DNA from: Minisyncoccota bacterium
GTDB lineage: Bacteria > Patescibacteriota > Minisyncoccia > Phycocordibacterales > JABMNX01
Length of the DNA: 64,000 nucleotides
Reading direction: 5' to 3'
Assembly: GCA_040876885.1 (NCBI GenBank)
Contig: JBBDOU010000012.1
Location: forward strand, 5,986-69,985
Shown: piece after piece, positions 37,556 through 47,149 of the stretch
Layout: each line of letters opens with the position of its first letter
Position numbering within the stretch: the first letter of the stretch is position 1
Made by a program: the position numbers and the translations under genes
The notes under the pieces: generated by a model
The model's database searches: none
The model's input: only the letters and a program-made list of their open reading frames with translations
Told to the model about the DNA's origin: nothing

Positions 37556-37897
37556 ATGGAACACACAATAAATGCACAAGGGAAAAAATTAGGACGAGTT
37601 GCTTCTGAAGCAGCGCATGTTCTTATGGGTAAAGATACACCTGCGTTCGCAAAACATACAGTCGCAGATGTGAATGTAACTATTATAAATAGTGAAACTC
37701 TTTCGATTACTCCTAAGAAAGCTTCTTCAAAAATTTACACACATTACACGGGGTATCCAGGAGGGCTTCGAAAACAAACACTTGAGGAGATTAAAGAGAA
37801 GAAAGGTATTGAAGAAGTGATACGGAAAGCTGTTTATGGTATGCTTCCAGGGAACAAATTACGATCAGAGATGATGAAGCACCTAATCATTCAATAA
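37556..37897 (+). CDS. rplM: 50S ribosomal protein L13 (short form)
   Basis: L13 core, 113 aa. Confidence 0.85.
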   Translation: MEHTINAQGKKLGRVASEAAHVLMGKDTPAFAKHTVADVNVTIINSETLSITPKKASSKIYTHYTGYPGGLRKQTLEEIKEKKGIEEVIRKAVYGMLPGNKLRSEMMKHLIIQ

Positions 37898-37906
37898 CAC
37901 ATATTT

Positions 37907-38320
37907 ATGGCAGATTTTACACATACAGAAGCATATATCGAAACAGTTGGGCGTCGAAAGACTGCGTCCGCTCGTGTTCGCGTTTCAAAAACTAAAAAAG
38001 ATACAGAAGTCGTTGTGAACGAAAAGGCTTTTGAAGAACATTTTCCCACTAAAGAATTGCAGGGTGTTGTTAATGATGCGTTAGGTCACTCATCGGAAGG
38101 AGACACATTTAAAGTAACGGCTATCATAAAAGGAGGTGGTATCCATGCGCAAGCTGAGGCACTTCGGCACGGTATTGCTCGAGCACTCGTTGCATACAAT
38201 ATAGATCTTCGTAAAACACTTAAGGCAGCAGGTTTTCTGAAGCGTGACCCTCGAAAGAAAGAAAGAAAGAAACCAGGACTCAAGAAGGCTCGAAAAGCAC
38301 CGCAGTGGTCAAAACGATAA
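37907..38320 (+). CDS. rpsI: 30S ribosomal protein S9
   Basis: [10 protein letters not shown]... with a basic [26 protein letters not shown] tail. Confidence 0.95.
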   Translation: MADFTHTEAYIETVGRRKTASARVRVSKTKKDTEVVVNEKAFEEHFPTKELQGVVNDALGHSSEGDTFKVTAIIKGGGIHAQAEALRHGIARALVAYNIDLRKTLKAAGFLKRDPRKKERKKPGLKKARKAPQWSKR

Positions 38321-38406
38321 TCTACGCGTAACCTCAGTGGCGCTCTACGCTACTTTCAAGAAGGGTTGGGTGCACACTATTAAATAAATGTAATAGTAAT
38401 TGTCTT

Positions 38407-38973
38407 ATGCCAAAGAAAAAGAAACCAGAAAAAAATTTCATAGAAGAAGAACTTGTCGATGATGTTACCTTTGAGGATGATTCAGTGGGTATTTCTGATA
38501 AAATAAAGAAAGTTCAGGGTACGTTAAAAGAGTGCGAAAAAGAGCGTCAAGAGTACCTTGACGGGTGGCAAAGAGCCCGTGCGTCTCTCGTTAACAGAGA
38601 AAAAGAACTCTTGGAAGAGAAATCTCAAGCTATTTCAAGAACAGAATTGCGAGTTTTTTCAGAACTTTTTCCGGTGCTTGATAGTTTTGATATGGCATTT
38701 TCGAATAAAGATGCATGGGGAAATGTCGACAAAGAATGGCGGGTGGGTATAGAGCATATCTATACACAGGCGCTACGAATTTTTGAGCAAGCGGGGATTA
38801 CAGAAATAAATGCAGAAGGTCTTTTTGACCCACAACTTCATGAGCCAATACAGACTGAGGTTGTGGAGTCTGAAGAAGTCGCCGGGCGTATTATTAAAGT
38901 AGCTCAAAAAGGGTATCGCAAAGGTGATACTATATTACGACCAGCGAAAGTCGTTATCGGGATATTTGAATAA
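38407..38973 (+). CDS. grpE: Nucleotide exchange factor GrpE
   Basis: A coiled-coil N-terminal region and a C-terminal beta domain typical of GrpE. It lies immediately upstream of dnaK. Confidence 0.85.
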   Translation: MPKKKKPEKNFIEEELVDDVTFEDDSVGISDKIKKVQGTLKECEKERQEYLDGWQRARASLVNREKELLEEKSQAISRTELRVFSELFPVLDSFDMAFSNKDAWGNVDKEWRVGIEHIYTQALRIFEQAGITEINAEGLFDPQLHEPIQTEVVESEEVAGRIIKVAQKGYRKGDTILRPAKVVIGIFE

Positions 38974-38993
38974 TTATTAATTAAAGAAATATT

Positions 38994-40916
38994 ATGGGAA
39001 AAATACTTGGAATAGACTTAGGAACAACGAACTCAGCAGTAGCATACATCAAAGGTGGAGAACCTGTGGTTGTTGAAAATGCAGAAGGTAACCGCACAAC
39101 ACCCTCAGTAGCAGCTGTTTCAAAAACGGGAGAGCGTCTTGTTGGAGTACTTGCGCGACGCCAAGCAGTGACTAACCCGCAGAATACTATCTATGGTATT
39201 AAGCGTTTTGTTGGGCACAGATTTTCTGATGCTGTTGTGCAAAAAGACAAAGACACACTTCCATACACTGTTAAAGAATCTAAAGAAGGGGGTGTGCTCA
39301 TTTCATTAAATGGAGAAGAATATCGTCCTGAAGAAATCTCAGCGATGATACTCCAAAAACTTAAAAAAGATGCTGAGGCTAAGATCGGTGAGCCTATTAC
39401 TGAAGCTATCATCACCGTACCCGCATATTTTGACGATGCACAACGAAAAGCCACAAAAGACGCTGGTAAAATTGCAGGGCTTGATGTAAAGCGAATCATT
39501 AACGAACCTACCGCTGCAGCGCTTGCGTATGGATTTAATAAAAAGAAAGATGAACAGATTGTTGTGTATGACTTTGGTGGCGGAACATTTGACGTTTCTG
39601 TACTTGAGGTCGGGGATGAAGTCATAGAAGTTAAGTCAACTGACGGAGATTCTCATATGGGAGGACGTGACATTGACCAGAAGATTATTAACTGGATTGC
39701 TGAAGAATTTAAAAAAGAAAGTGGGATTGATATCACTAAAGACCCCCTCGCACTACAGAGACTTGATGAAGCTGCTGAAAAGGCTAAACTCGAACTCTCG
39801 ACTGCAACAGATTCAGAAATAAATATTCCCTTTATAACTTCTGATGCATCTGGGCCAAAGCACCTCCTTCTTAAATTGTCCCGAGGGAAACTTGAAGCGC
39901 TCGCTAAAGAGTATATTGACCGTTCTATTGAAATCACAAAACGTGCGCTTGAAGCGTCGCCGTTTGAAATTAAAGATATTGACGAAGTTATTCTTGTGGG
40001 AGGCCAGACTCGAATGCCTGCAATTGAAGCTCGTGTGAAAGAACTCTTTGGAAAAGAACCTAATAAATCAATTAACCCAGACGAGGTGGTTGCGCTTGGT
40101 GCCGCTATTCAAGCGGGAATCATGCAAGGAGATGTAAAAGACATCTTACTCCTTGATGTTATTCCATTGTCTCTCGGTATAGAAACATTAGGAGGGGTTG
40201 ATACAAAACTTATAGAAAAGAACACTACTATTCCTACCTCAAAATCACAGACATTCTCAACCGCGGCGGATAATCAAACTTCTGTCGAGGTTCATATTGT
40301 GCAAGGAGAACGAGCAATGGCAGCTGACAACAAAAGTCTCGGTAGATTTATCTTAGAAGGAGTACCTCCTGCACCACGAGGAGTGCCGCAGGTAGAAGTA
40401 ACGCTTGATATTGATGCAAACGGTATCCTTAATGTAACCGCAAAAGATAAAGCTTCCGGTAAAGAACAGTCAATTCGAATTGAGGCAGGATCTGGGCTTT
40501 CTGATGAAGAAGTAGAAAAGATGAAACAGGACGCTGAAAGTCACGCTGACGAAGATAAGCTCAAGAAGGAGGCAGTTGATGTAAAGAACACCGCCGAGCA
40601 GGTGCTGTTTACTGCTGAAGACTCACTTAAGGAGTACGGAGAGAAAATAACAACAGATTTAAAAGCTGAAGTTGAAGAAAAGGTTAAAAATCTACGAGAG
40701 AAGAAAGATGCCACTAACATAGAAGAGATTAAGAAGGCAACTGAGGAACTCTCAACATCTATGCAGAAGATAGGCCAAGCAATGGCAGGAGAGCAGAAAG
40801 CTCAAGGGGAGACCCCCGAGGCAGCGCACGGAGAAGCAGACCCTGTGTCAGAAGAAACACCTCCTGCTGAAGAAGATAAAAAGGGAGATACAGACACATC
40901 AAAAGATAGTCAATAA
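38994..40916 (+). CDS. dnaK: Chaperone DnaK (Hsp70)
   Basis: [18 protein letters not shown] and the C-terminal lid. 640 aa. Confidence 0.97.
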   Translation: MGKILGIDLGTTNSAVAYIKGGEPVVVENAEGNRTTPSVAAVSKTGERLVGVLARRQAVTNPQNTIYGIKRFVGHRFSDAVVQKDKDTLPYTVKESKEGGVLISLNGEEYRPEEISAMILQKLKKDAEAKIGEPITEAIITVPAYFDDAQRKATKDAGKIAGLDVKRIINEPTAAALAYGFNKKKDEQIVVYDFGGGTFDVSVLEVGDEVIEVKSTDGDSHMGGRDIDQKIINWIAEEFKKESGIDITKDPLALQRLDEAAEKAKLELSTATDSEINIPFITSDASGPKHLLLKLSRGKLEALAKEYIDRSIEITKRALEASPFEIKDIDEVILVGGQTRMPAIEARVKELFGKEPNKSINPDEVVALGAAIQAGIMQGDVKDILLLDVIPLSLGIETLGGVDTKLIEKNTTIPTSKSQTFSTAADNQTSVEVHIVQGERAMAADNKSLGRFILEGVPPAPRGVPQVEVTLDIDANGILNVTAKDKASGKEQSIRIEAGSGLSDEEVEKMKQDAESHADEDKLKKEAVDVKNTAEQVLFTAEDSLKEYGEKITTDLKAEVEEKVKNLREKKDATNIEEIKKATEELSTSMQKIGQAMAGEQKAQGETPEAAHGEADPVSEETPPAEEDKKGDTDTSKDSQ

Positions 40917-40962
40917 TGTCGTTACTTGTTTTTAGTTTAGAGGCGAGTACAATAGCTATTAC

Positions 40963-42045
40963 ATGCAAAAGGACTACTATAAAATCCTAAACATCACTAA
41001 AGGGGCAAGTAAGGACGAGATTAAAAAAGCTTTTCGTACACTTGCGCACAAATACCACCCAGATAAACAAACCGGAGACGAAACTAAGTTTAAAGAGATT
41101 AGTGAAGCGTACAGTGTGTTGTCTGATGAAAAAAAACGAGCTGAGTATGATTCGTACGGCCGAGTTTTTTCTGGTGGAGGAGGTGCTGGTGCACAACAAG
41201 GGCAAGGGTTTGGTGGGTTTGATTTTTCTGGTTTTCAAGGTGGTTTTCAGCAAGGAGGGTTCGACGGCGTAGACCTTGGAGATATCTTTGGGGATATTTT
41301 TGGAGGAGGAAACAGAGGACCTCAGCGAGGAAGAGATATCTCTATTGACCTTGAGCTCTCTTTTAAAGAAGCTGTTTTTGGTGTGGAGCGAAAAGTACTT
41401 CTCACAAAAACATCAACCTGTGACGGATGTAAAGGGACCGGTGCTGAAAAAGGTTCTGCACAAGACACGTGTTCAGGATGTAATGGAAAGGGAAAAATCC
41501 ACGAAAATAAATCCTCTGTTTTTGGTACCTTTACCAGTGTTCGACCGTGTTCTGAGTGTCACGGTACTGGAAAAGTCCCTAAAGAAAAATGTAAAACATG
41601 TAAGGGTGCTCGCGTGGTGCGTAAAGAAGAAGAGGTGGTCATTAGGGTTCCTGCAGGAATCAATCATGGCGAGATGATACGTCTTAGTGGAGGGGGAGAA
41701 GCTATTGCAGGAGGAGAATCAGGTGACTTATACATAAAAATTCATGTGCACGCAGACAGGATGTACCACAAAGAAGGTGTACATTTAATTACAACACTCT
41801 CTGTAAAACTTACTGACGCACTCTTGGGTGGGGACTACACACTACAAACTCTTGATGGAGATGCTATTGTGGTAAAAGTCCCACAAGGTGTTTCTTTTGG
41901 AGAAATTATACGAGTAAAGGGTCGTGGAGTACCATATCGAAATACTCGGGGTGATCTTTTAATTAAGATTGCTATAGATTTACCGAAGAAACTTAGCAAG
42001 AAATCGAAGTCCGCAATAGATGAGCTTCGCTCAGAGGGAATTTAA
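40963..42045 (+). CDS. dnaJ: Chaperone DnaJ
   Basis: J-domain HPD motif, a G/F region and four CxxCxGxG repeats. Confidence 0.95.
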   Translation: MQKDYYKILNITKGASKDEIKKAFRTLAHKYHPDKQTGDETKFKEISEAYSVLSDEKKRAEYDSYGRVFSGGGGAGAQQGQGFGGFDFSGFQGGFQQGGFDGVDLGDIFGDIFGGGNRGPQRGRDISIDLELSFKEAVFGVERKVLLTKTSTCDGCKGTGAEKGSAQDTCSGCNGKGKIHENKSSVFGTFTSVRPCSECHGTGKVPKEKCKTCKGARVVRKEEEVVIRVPAGINHGEMIRLSGGGEAIAGGESGDLYIKIHVHADRMYHKEGVHLITTLSVKLTDALLGGDYTLQTLDGDAIVVKVPQGVSFGEIIRVKGRGVPYRNTRGDLLIKIAIDLPKKLSKKSKSAIDELRSEGI

Positions 42046-42066
42046 AAACTCACACCTACATACGTT

Positions 42067-42564
42067 ATGGATCTTTTGAATACGTTATCTGGAGCAATGA
42101 CGACAGATATACTCATTATCTTTGCAGTCTTTGTGGGGCTGGTGTTTTTTAGTATTTGGTATGGAAAAAGTAGTAGTGTTTCTCTTCTCATTTCTATATA
42201 TCTCGGCATCCTTACTTTTCTAAGCTTTCCATATCTAGAAGAGGTTATTTTTTTAAAAAGCTCGGAATCACAAGTAACTCTTTCACAAATAGGGGTGTTC
42301 GTTGTCGGAGTCGCAGTTATTTATTTTATAATTCGTAATATAATTTTTACTGAATACTCATACGGAATCATCACTAAGTATCTGCAAGTTATTCTCCTTT
42401 CGGGGGCTTCAACTGCACTTCTTTTTGCGTTTGCGTATCACACAATTCCATTAACAACACTGTATGATTTTAATACATCAATTGACAACCTCTTCTCATC
42501 GCAGTATTTCTTTTACTGGCTCGTCGCTCCAATACTCGTACTTTTTGTAACCACTCGAGAATAA
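42067..42564 (+). CDS. Hypothetical polytopic membrane protein
   Basis: About 5 TM helices and no family match. It sits 5 nt upstream of plsC. Confidence 0.45.
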   Translation: MDLLNTLSGAMTTDILIIFAVFVGLVFFSIWYGKSSSVSLLISIYLGILTFLSFPYLEEVIFLKSSESQVTLSQIGVFVVGVAVIYFIIRNIIFTEYSYGIITKYLQVILLSGASTALLFAFAYHTIPLTTLYDFNTSIDNLFSSQYFFYWLVAPILVLFVTTRE

Positions 42565-42569
42565 AAAAC

Positions 42570-43235
42570 ATGTACGGCACACGCGCACCGCTTTTATTTC
42601 AACAGGTATCTAAATTCCCGACACGGTTATTTTTTAAAGTCTTTCATAATCTCGACATCCAAGGTTTAGAAAATCTCAAGTCCTTAGAAAAATCAGGAGT
42701 TATTCTTGCAAGCAATCACATCAGCGACTGGGATCCGGTCTTGATTTCAGCGACCCTTCCTGTATGGAGCCCACACATGCCCCTTTTCTTTGTTTCTCGA
42801 GAAAAGACTTTTTATGAGGATGACGGCACTGAATCTTTAGGGAAGATAAAGCAGTACATATACGGAGGAGCTTTTTTTCGGCTCATGGGAGCATATCCTG
42901 CAGTAGGCGGTATTAAAGACTACGAAAAGTCATTGCACCACCATCTCAGTATTCTTAATGAAAATAAAACAGTGTGTATATTTCCATCTGGAAAAATCCG
43001 TACTGGAGAGAAAGATTTAGATAAAACAAAGGGAGGGGTTGGATTCCTCGCTCAAAAGACTGGGCGGACAGTAATCCCTGTTGGTATTAAGAGACAGGGG
43101 AGGAGTATTACTGTTATTTTTGGTACTCCGCTAGAATACAAAGACATCTTTAATGACGGTGAAGCTATTACGGCAGACTCTTGTAAAGTAGGCGCGCGAG
43201 TCATTATGGCTGCGGTTGAAAATCTGTTAAGCTAG
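42570..43235 (+). CDS. plsC: 1-acyl-sn-glycerol-3-phosphate (lysophospholipid) acyltransferase
   Basis: NHISDWD (HX4D) and FPSGKIRTGE acyltransferase blocks. Confidence 0.8.
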   Translation: MYGTRAPLLFQQVSKFPTRLFFKVFHNLDIQGLENLKSLEKSGVILASNHISDWDPVLISATLPVWSPHMPLFFVSREKTFYEDDGTESLGKIKQYIYGGAFFRLMGAYPAVGGIKDYEKSLHHHLSILNENKTVCIFPSGKIRTGEKDLDKTKGGVGFLAQKTGRTVIPVGIKRQGRSITVIFGTPLEYKDIFNDGEAITADSCKVGARVIMAAVENLLS

Positions 43236-44392
43236 TGCATATGCGGACTTTTTTATTAATTATTCACGCTTTCAAAGATCTCGCCACACGCTTCTTGCCT
43301 AAGAAAAAAACTGAAGCGAGTTTTGCCTTTCTGATACACCCCCGTGATATACATGACGTCCTTCAAAAGTATCCATTTTTGAAAATATTTCCTGCGCAGA
43401 CTGTTGAGTACCTACTCACACACTTTTTCTGGCCTATTACTGCGTCGCGTATTACCGGTACAAAGAGAAAAGACGGCACGGAAGTCTTCGGATGGATGAT
43501 TTCAATCCCAATGACAGCGTCCGAAATGCTTAATGGTCGAGACTGCGCACGCAAGCACATACAACGGGCGTACAATCTTGCTGTAAAAAAAGGGGCGACG
43601 CATATAGGACTTGGGGCACTTACCGCGTCCTTAACTCGTGGTGGCCTTGATATCAAACCTGCTCCCGGCGTTACACTCACAAATGGTAAACTATACACCG
43701 CAAAGACAGTAACTGACATTACCCTTAAAAGTAGTGAGGTGTTTGGAATTGATAAAAGCACAACACGCGTCGCTATTGTAGGAGCAGCTGGGTCTATCGG
43801 CTCCGCGTCAGCCCAAATCCTTGCACACGCTGGGTTTAAGAATTTTCAGCTCATAGATCTCTCTGACAGAGAAGTGCGTGTTAAAGAAATAGCAACAATA
43901 CTGAGCAAGCTTGGAGGAGGAGTCTCTGTTGATATCTGTACAAACTTAGAAAGACTTATAGAGGCTGATATTATTATCACCGCAACTAACAGGCCTGATG
44001 CGCTTGTGAAAACAGAACACCTTAAGCCAGGCGCTATTGTTGTTGATGATGCACAACCCTCTGACATTGACCCTGAGTTATTTAAAACAAGGAACGATGT
44101 CTTACTGCTTGAGGGTGGCGTTGTGCACGCTGACACTATACAGCTTAATTTCAAGACAGGACTCAAGCACAGGACTGATATATTTAGTTGCTTGGCTGAG
44201 GCGGTTATCTTGTTTTTAGCTGGTGAAACTGATTCAAGAATAGGTGAGGTTGTGGAGGTTGATTTTGATTCTCTCAAGAAGTTGACGTACTATTCAGATA
44301 ACGCTGGATTTACGTCTGGAGATTTTCAAAATGCATACAAGATATACACACAAGAAGATATAGACTTTGTAAAACAAGCAAGAATAATCTAG
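43235..44392 (+). CDS. Acyl-ACP reductase-like NAD(P)-binding protein (homologous to cyanobacterial AAR)
   Basis: Blocks GLGALTASL, Rossmann VAIVGAAGSIGSASAQIL, LEGGVVHAD and FSCLAEAVILFLAG parallel the AAR blocks ALGGFTSII, VAVVGATGDIGSAVCRWL, LNGGVVEH and FACFAEAMLLEFEG. The start overlaps the plsC stop by 1 nt. Confidence 0.55.
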   Translation: MHMRTFLLIIHAFKDLATRFLPKKKTEASFAFLIHPRDIHDVLQKYPFLKIFPAQTVEYLLTHFFWPITASRITGTKRKDGTEVFGWMISIPMTASEMLNGRDCARKHIQRAYNLAVKKGATHIGLGALTASLTRGGLDIKPAPGVTLTNGKLYTAKTVTDITLKSSEVFGIDKSTTRVAIVGAAGSIGSASAQILAHAGFKNFQLIDLSDREVRVKEIATILSKLGGGVSVDICTNLERLIEADIIITATNRPDALVKTEHLKPGAIVVDDAQPSDIDPELFKTRNDVLLLEGGVVHADTIQLNFKTGLKHRTDIFSCLAEAVILFLAGETDSRIGEVVEVDFDSLKKLTYYSDNAGFTSGDFQNAYKIYTQEDIDFVKQARII

Positions 44393-44417
44393 AAAAAAAT
44401 AGTACTATGTAAGCACT

Positions 44418-46031
44418 ATGGATTTTATTAATATTTCACTCATTGTCGCTGTTGGTGTTACGCTCCTTCTTGGTACGAGTATCTATCTTCACCATAGAAA
44501 AGGAGACAAGTTTACGATAATTTTCTCATTGCTTGCACTCAGTATTGGTTTGTGGTCAGTCGCAATGATTATCTTTAGATATATTGCACACGAGGGGTTC
44601 ACGTTTATCTTCGCGCAATTTTTATATGCTATCCCCGTATTCATTCCAATTTTTTTCTACTATTTCACGACATTTTTTACTAAGAAATTTTCACACAAAC
44701 TTGTTGCGTTCTTACATATAGCAATACCACTTGGTATAGCAGGAGGTATCTTTTTCTCTGTTTTCTTTACCGACAGTATCGTCACTGGAGTCGTTATTCC
44801 TCCAGAAGGAGAAAAGCAGATACTCTTTGGTCAATCGTATTTTTTATATATTTTGTATTACTTCTTCTTCTTTGGCTTAGCGTTCGTCAATCTCTTCAAA
44901 AGATACTCTCTTGCAGTAGATGAGCTACTCCGTAAACAGTTGTTTATGTTAGTTATTGGTACTTCTATTCCATTAACGCTTGGATTGATGACGAATCTTA
45001 TATTACCCTGGTTTGGTCTGTATCAATTTAACTGGTTTGCAAACCTCTCTTCTATTATATTTATGGGATTCATTCTTTTTGCAATTGTGCAATATAAACT
45101 CTTTAACCTAAGCGTTGTTGCAACTGAGCTCTTTGTGCTCTTTATTCTCTCTCTTCTTGTTGCTGATATGCTTATATTTAATTCAACAACCGAGCTCAGT
45201 ATCAAGGTACTCCTCTTTATCTCTGTCGCACTCCTCAGTGTCTTCTTAATTCGAGGTGCGTACAAAGAAATGCTCCAGCGCGAACGAATAGAGAAGCTTG
45301 CACAGGATCTTGAGAAAGCAAACGTGCGGTTGCGAGAACTCGACAAGCTCAAGTCCGAATTCGTCTCAATAGCGTCTCACCAGTTACGGAGTCCACTTAC
45401 TGCTATTAAAGGGTATGCGTCCATGCTTCTTGAGGATTCGTATGGAAAATTCCCTGAGAAAGCAAAAGAAGCTGTTACTAGGATTTTTGATTCAAGCAAC
45501 CTCATGACCGCTTCCATTGAAGACTTCCTTAATGTCTCTCGTATTGAACAGGGCAGGATGAAATATGAAAAAAGTGATTTTGACCTCGCCAGTATTGCTG
45601 AAACAGTTTTTCATGAGCTTGAGCCAATAGCAAAAAAGAAACATCTCGAATTCTCATTTGGCACCGACAACAAAGGTCCGTATACTATTCACGCTGACCT
45701 TGGCAAGATAAAGCAGGTGTTGAGCAATCTCATTGATAACGCAATCAAATACACACCAACGGGAGGTGTAAGGATGCTCGTCTCAAGACAAGGTGATGTT
45801 GTTCAGTTTAAAGTAAAAGACACGGGAATAGGAGCAAGTAAAGAGACTATCGCTAAGCTTTTTGATAGATTTGTTCGAGCAAAAAACGCAAACAAAGTGA
45901 ACGTGACTGGTTCTGGTCTTGGGCTTTATGTAGCAAAGCAAATGGTTGAGGCACATGACGGAAAAATCTGGATTGAATCAGAAGGCGAGGGGAAGGGGTC
46001 TACATTTATTGTCGAATTAAAAGCAGTGTAA
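44418..46031 (+). CDS. Sensor histidine kinase with N-terminal multi-TM (about 7 TM) sensor domain; orphan
   Basis: HisKA H-box (SIASHQLRSPLTAIKGYA) and HATPase_c N/G1/G2 boxes. No response regulator is adjacent. Confidence 0.85.
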   Translation: MDFINISLIVAVGVTLLLGTSIYLHHRKGDKFTIIFSLLALSIGLWSVAMIIFRYIAHEGFTFIFAQFLYAIPVFIPIFFYYFTTFFTKKFSHKLVAFLHIAIPLGIAGGIFFSVFFTDSIVTGVVIPPEGEKQILFGQSYFLYILYYFFFFGLAFVNLFKRYSLAVDELLRKQLFMLVIGTSIPLTLGLMTNLILPWFGLYQFNWFANLSSIIFMGFILFAIVQYKLFNLSVVATELFVLFILSLLVADMLIFNSTTELSIKVLLFISVALLSVFLIRGAYKEMLQRERIEKLAQDLEKANVRLRELDKLKSEFVSIASHQLRSPLTAIKGYASMLLEDSYGKFPEKAKEAVTRIFDSSNLMTASIEDFLNVSRIEQGRMKYEKSDFDLASIAETVFHELEPIAKKKHLEFSFGTDNKGPYTIHADLGKIKQVLSNLIDNAIKYTPTGGVRMLVSRQGDVVQFKVKDTGIGASKETIAKLFDRFVRAKNANKVNVTGSGLGLYVAKQMVEAHDGKIWIESEGEGKGSTFIVELKAV

Positions 46032-46180
46032 AGTAACCTTATACAGTACCCGAGACCTTCCAAAATCCCCGTTTTCTGGTAGTATAAGCGACGTAGAACG
46101 AGTAAAACACTAAAGCCGTATCTCTGAGTACTTTAGTATTTTTGAGTCGAGGAGTTTATATATTTTTTATATTTTGATAT

Positions 46181-47128
46181 ATGAGTAAAAGACTACTATC
46201 AGGCATTAAACCTACAGGAGAGCTTCATTTAGGGAACTATTTTGGTGCTATGAAGCAATTTCTTGATTTTCAAGATGAGTATGAAAGCTTTATTTTTATT
46301 CCTGATTATCACGCGCTTACCACAGCGCACGATGCAAAACAACTTCGAGAAAATATTTATAAAATAGCAGCGGGGTATGTAGCTATTGGACTTGATCCAA
46401 AGAGTGTTGTTTTCTATAAACAATCAGATATCTTAGAACACACAGAACTTTCATGGATATTTAACTCAATTACAACCATGCCATATTTAATGCGTGCGCA
46501 TGCCTTTAAAGACGCAGAAGCAAAGAATAAAGAAATTAGTGTTGGTTCATTTGATTACCCAATGCTTATGGCTGCAGATATTCTTATGTACGAACCGCAC
46601 GTAGTGCCGGTTGGAAAAGATCAAAAGCAACATGTTGAAATAGCACGAGATACTGCAGAGAAGTTTAATCGTCTTTTTGGAGAAACATTTACATTACCAG
46701 AACCCATGATTCTTGAAGATGTTGCAACGGTCCCTGGCACTGATGGACAGAAGATGAGCAAGAGTTACGGTAATACTATTCCACTATTTGGAACAAGTGA
46801 AGAAATCACAAAGGCAGTGATGTCTATTGTGACAGACTCATCAGGTGACCGTCCTGAAAATGTCTATGCGATTCATAAACTCTTCAGAACAGAAGAAGAA
46901 CTCGATGTGTTGTATGAAGAGAACAAAGGTAACTACAAAGCGCTTAAGGAAGCATTAATTGCTGATATTGAAAAAGAAGTGGCGCCTATGCGAGAACGGT
47001 ACATCAAACTTCTTGAGAATAAAGATGAGATTCGTTCAATTCTTAGCAAAGGAGCGGAACGAGCACGCTCAATCGCACAAGCAAAAATGGAAGAGGTGCG
47101 CAAAAAGATAGGAGTAAGTCTTAATTAA
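46181..47128 (+). CDS. trpS: Tryptophanyl-tRNA synthetase
   Basis: TGELHLGNY (HIGH-like) and KMSKSYGN motifs, 315 aa. Confidence 0.9.
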   Translation: MSKRLLSGIKPTGELHLGNYFGAMKQFLDFQDEYESFIFIPDYHALTTAHDAKQLRENIYKIAAGYVAIGLDPKSVVFYKQSDILEHTELSWIFNSITTMPYLMRAHAFKDAEAKNKEISVGSFDYPMLMAADILMYEPHVVPVGKDQKQHVEIARDTAEKFNRLFGETFTLPEPMILEDVATVPGTDGQKMSKSYGNTIPLFGTSEEITKAVMSIVTDSSGDRPENVYAIHKLFRTEEELDVLYEENKGNYKALKEALIADIEKEVAPMRERYIKLLENKDEIRSILSKGAERARSIAQAKMEEVRKKIGVSLN

Positions 47129-47149
47129 CCACAGAGATAATAATTAGTT

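Noticed and set aside
38260-38290. GAAAGAAAGAAAGAAAC microsatellite-like run
   Set aside because: It lies inside rpsI and encodes the Lys-rich C-terminal tail; it is not a CRISPR or intergenic repeat.
38321-38406. Possible CIRCE/HrcA operator upstream of grpE
   Set aside because: No match to TTAGCACTC-N9-GAGTGCTAA; only a short direct repeat is present.
39191-39937. Minus-strand ORFs of 144 and 94 aa inside dnaK
   Set aside because: They are antisense to dnaK and have no signals.
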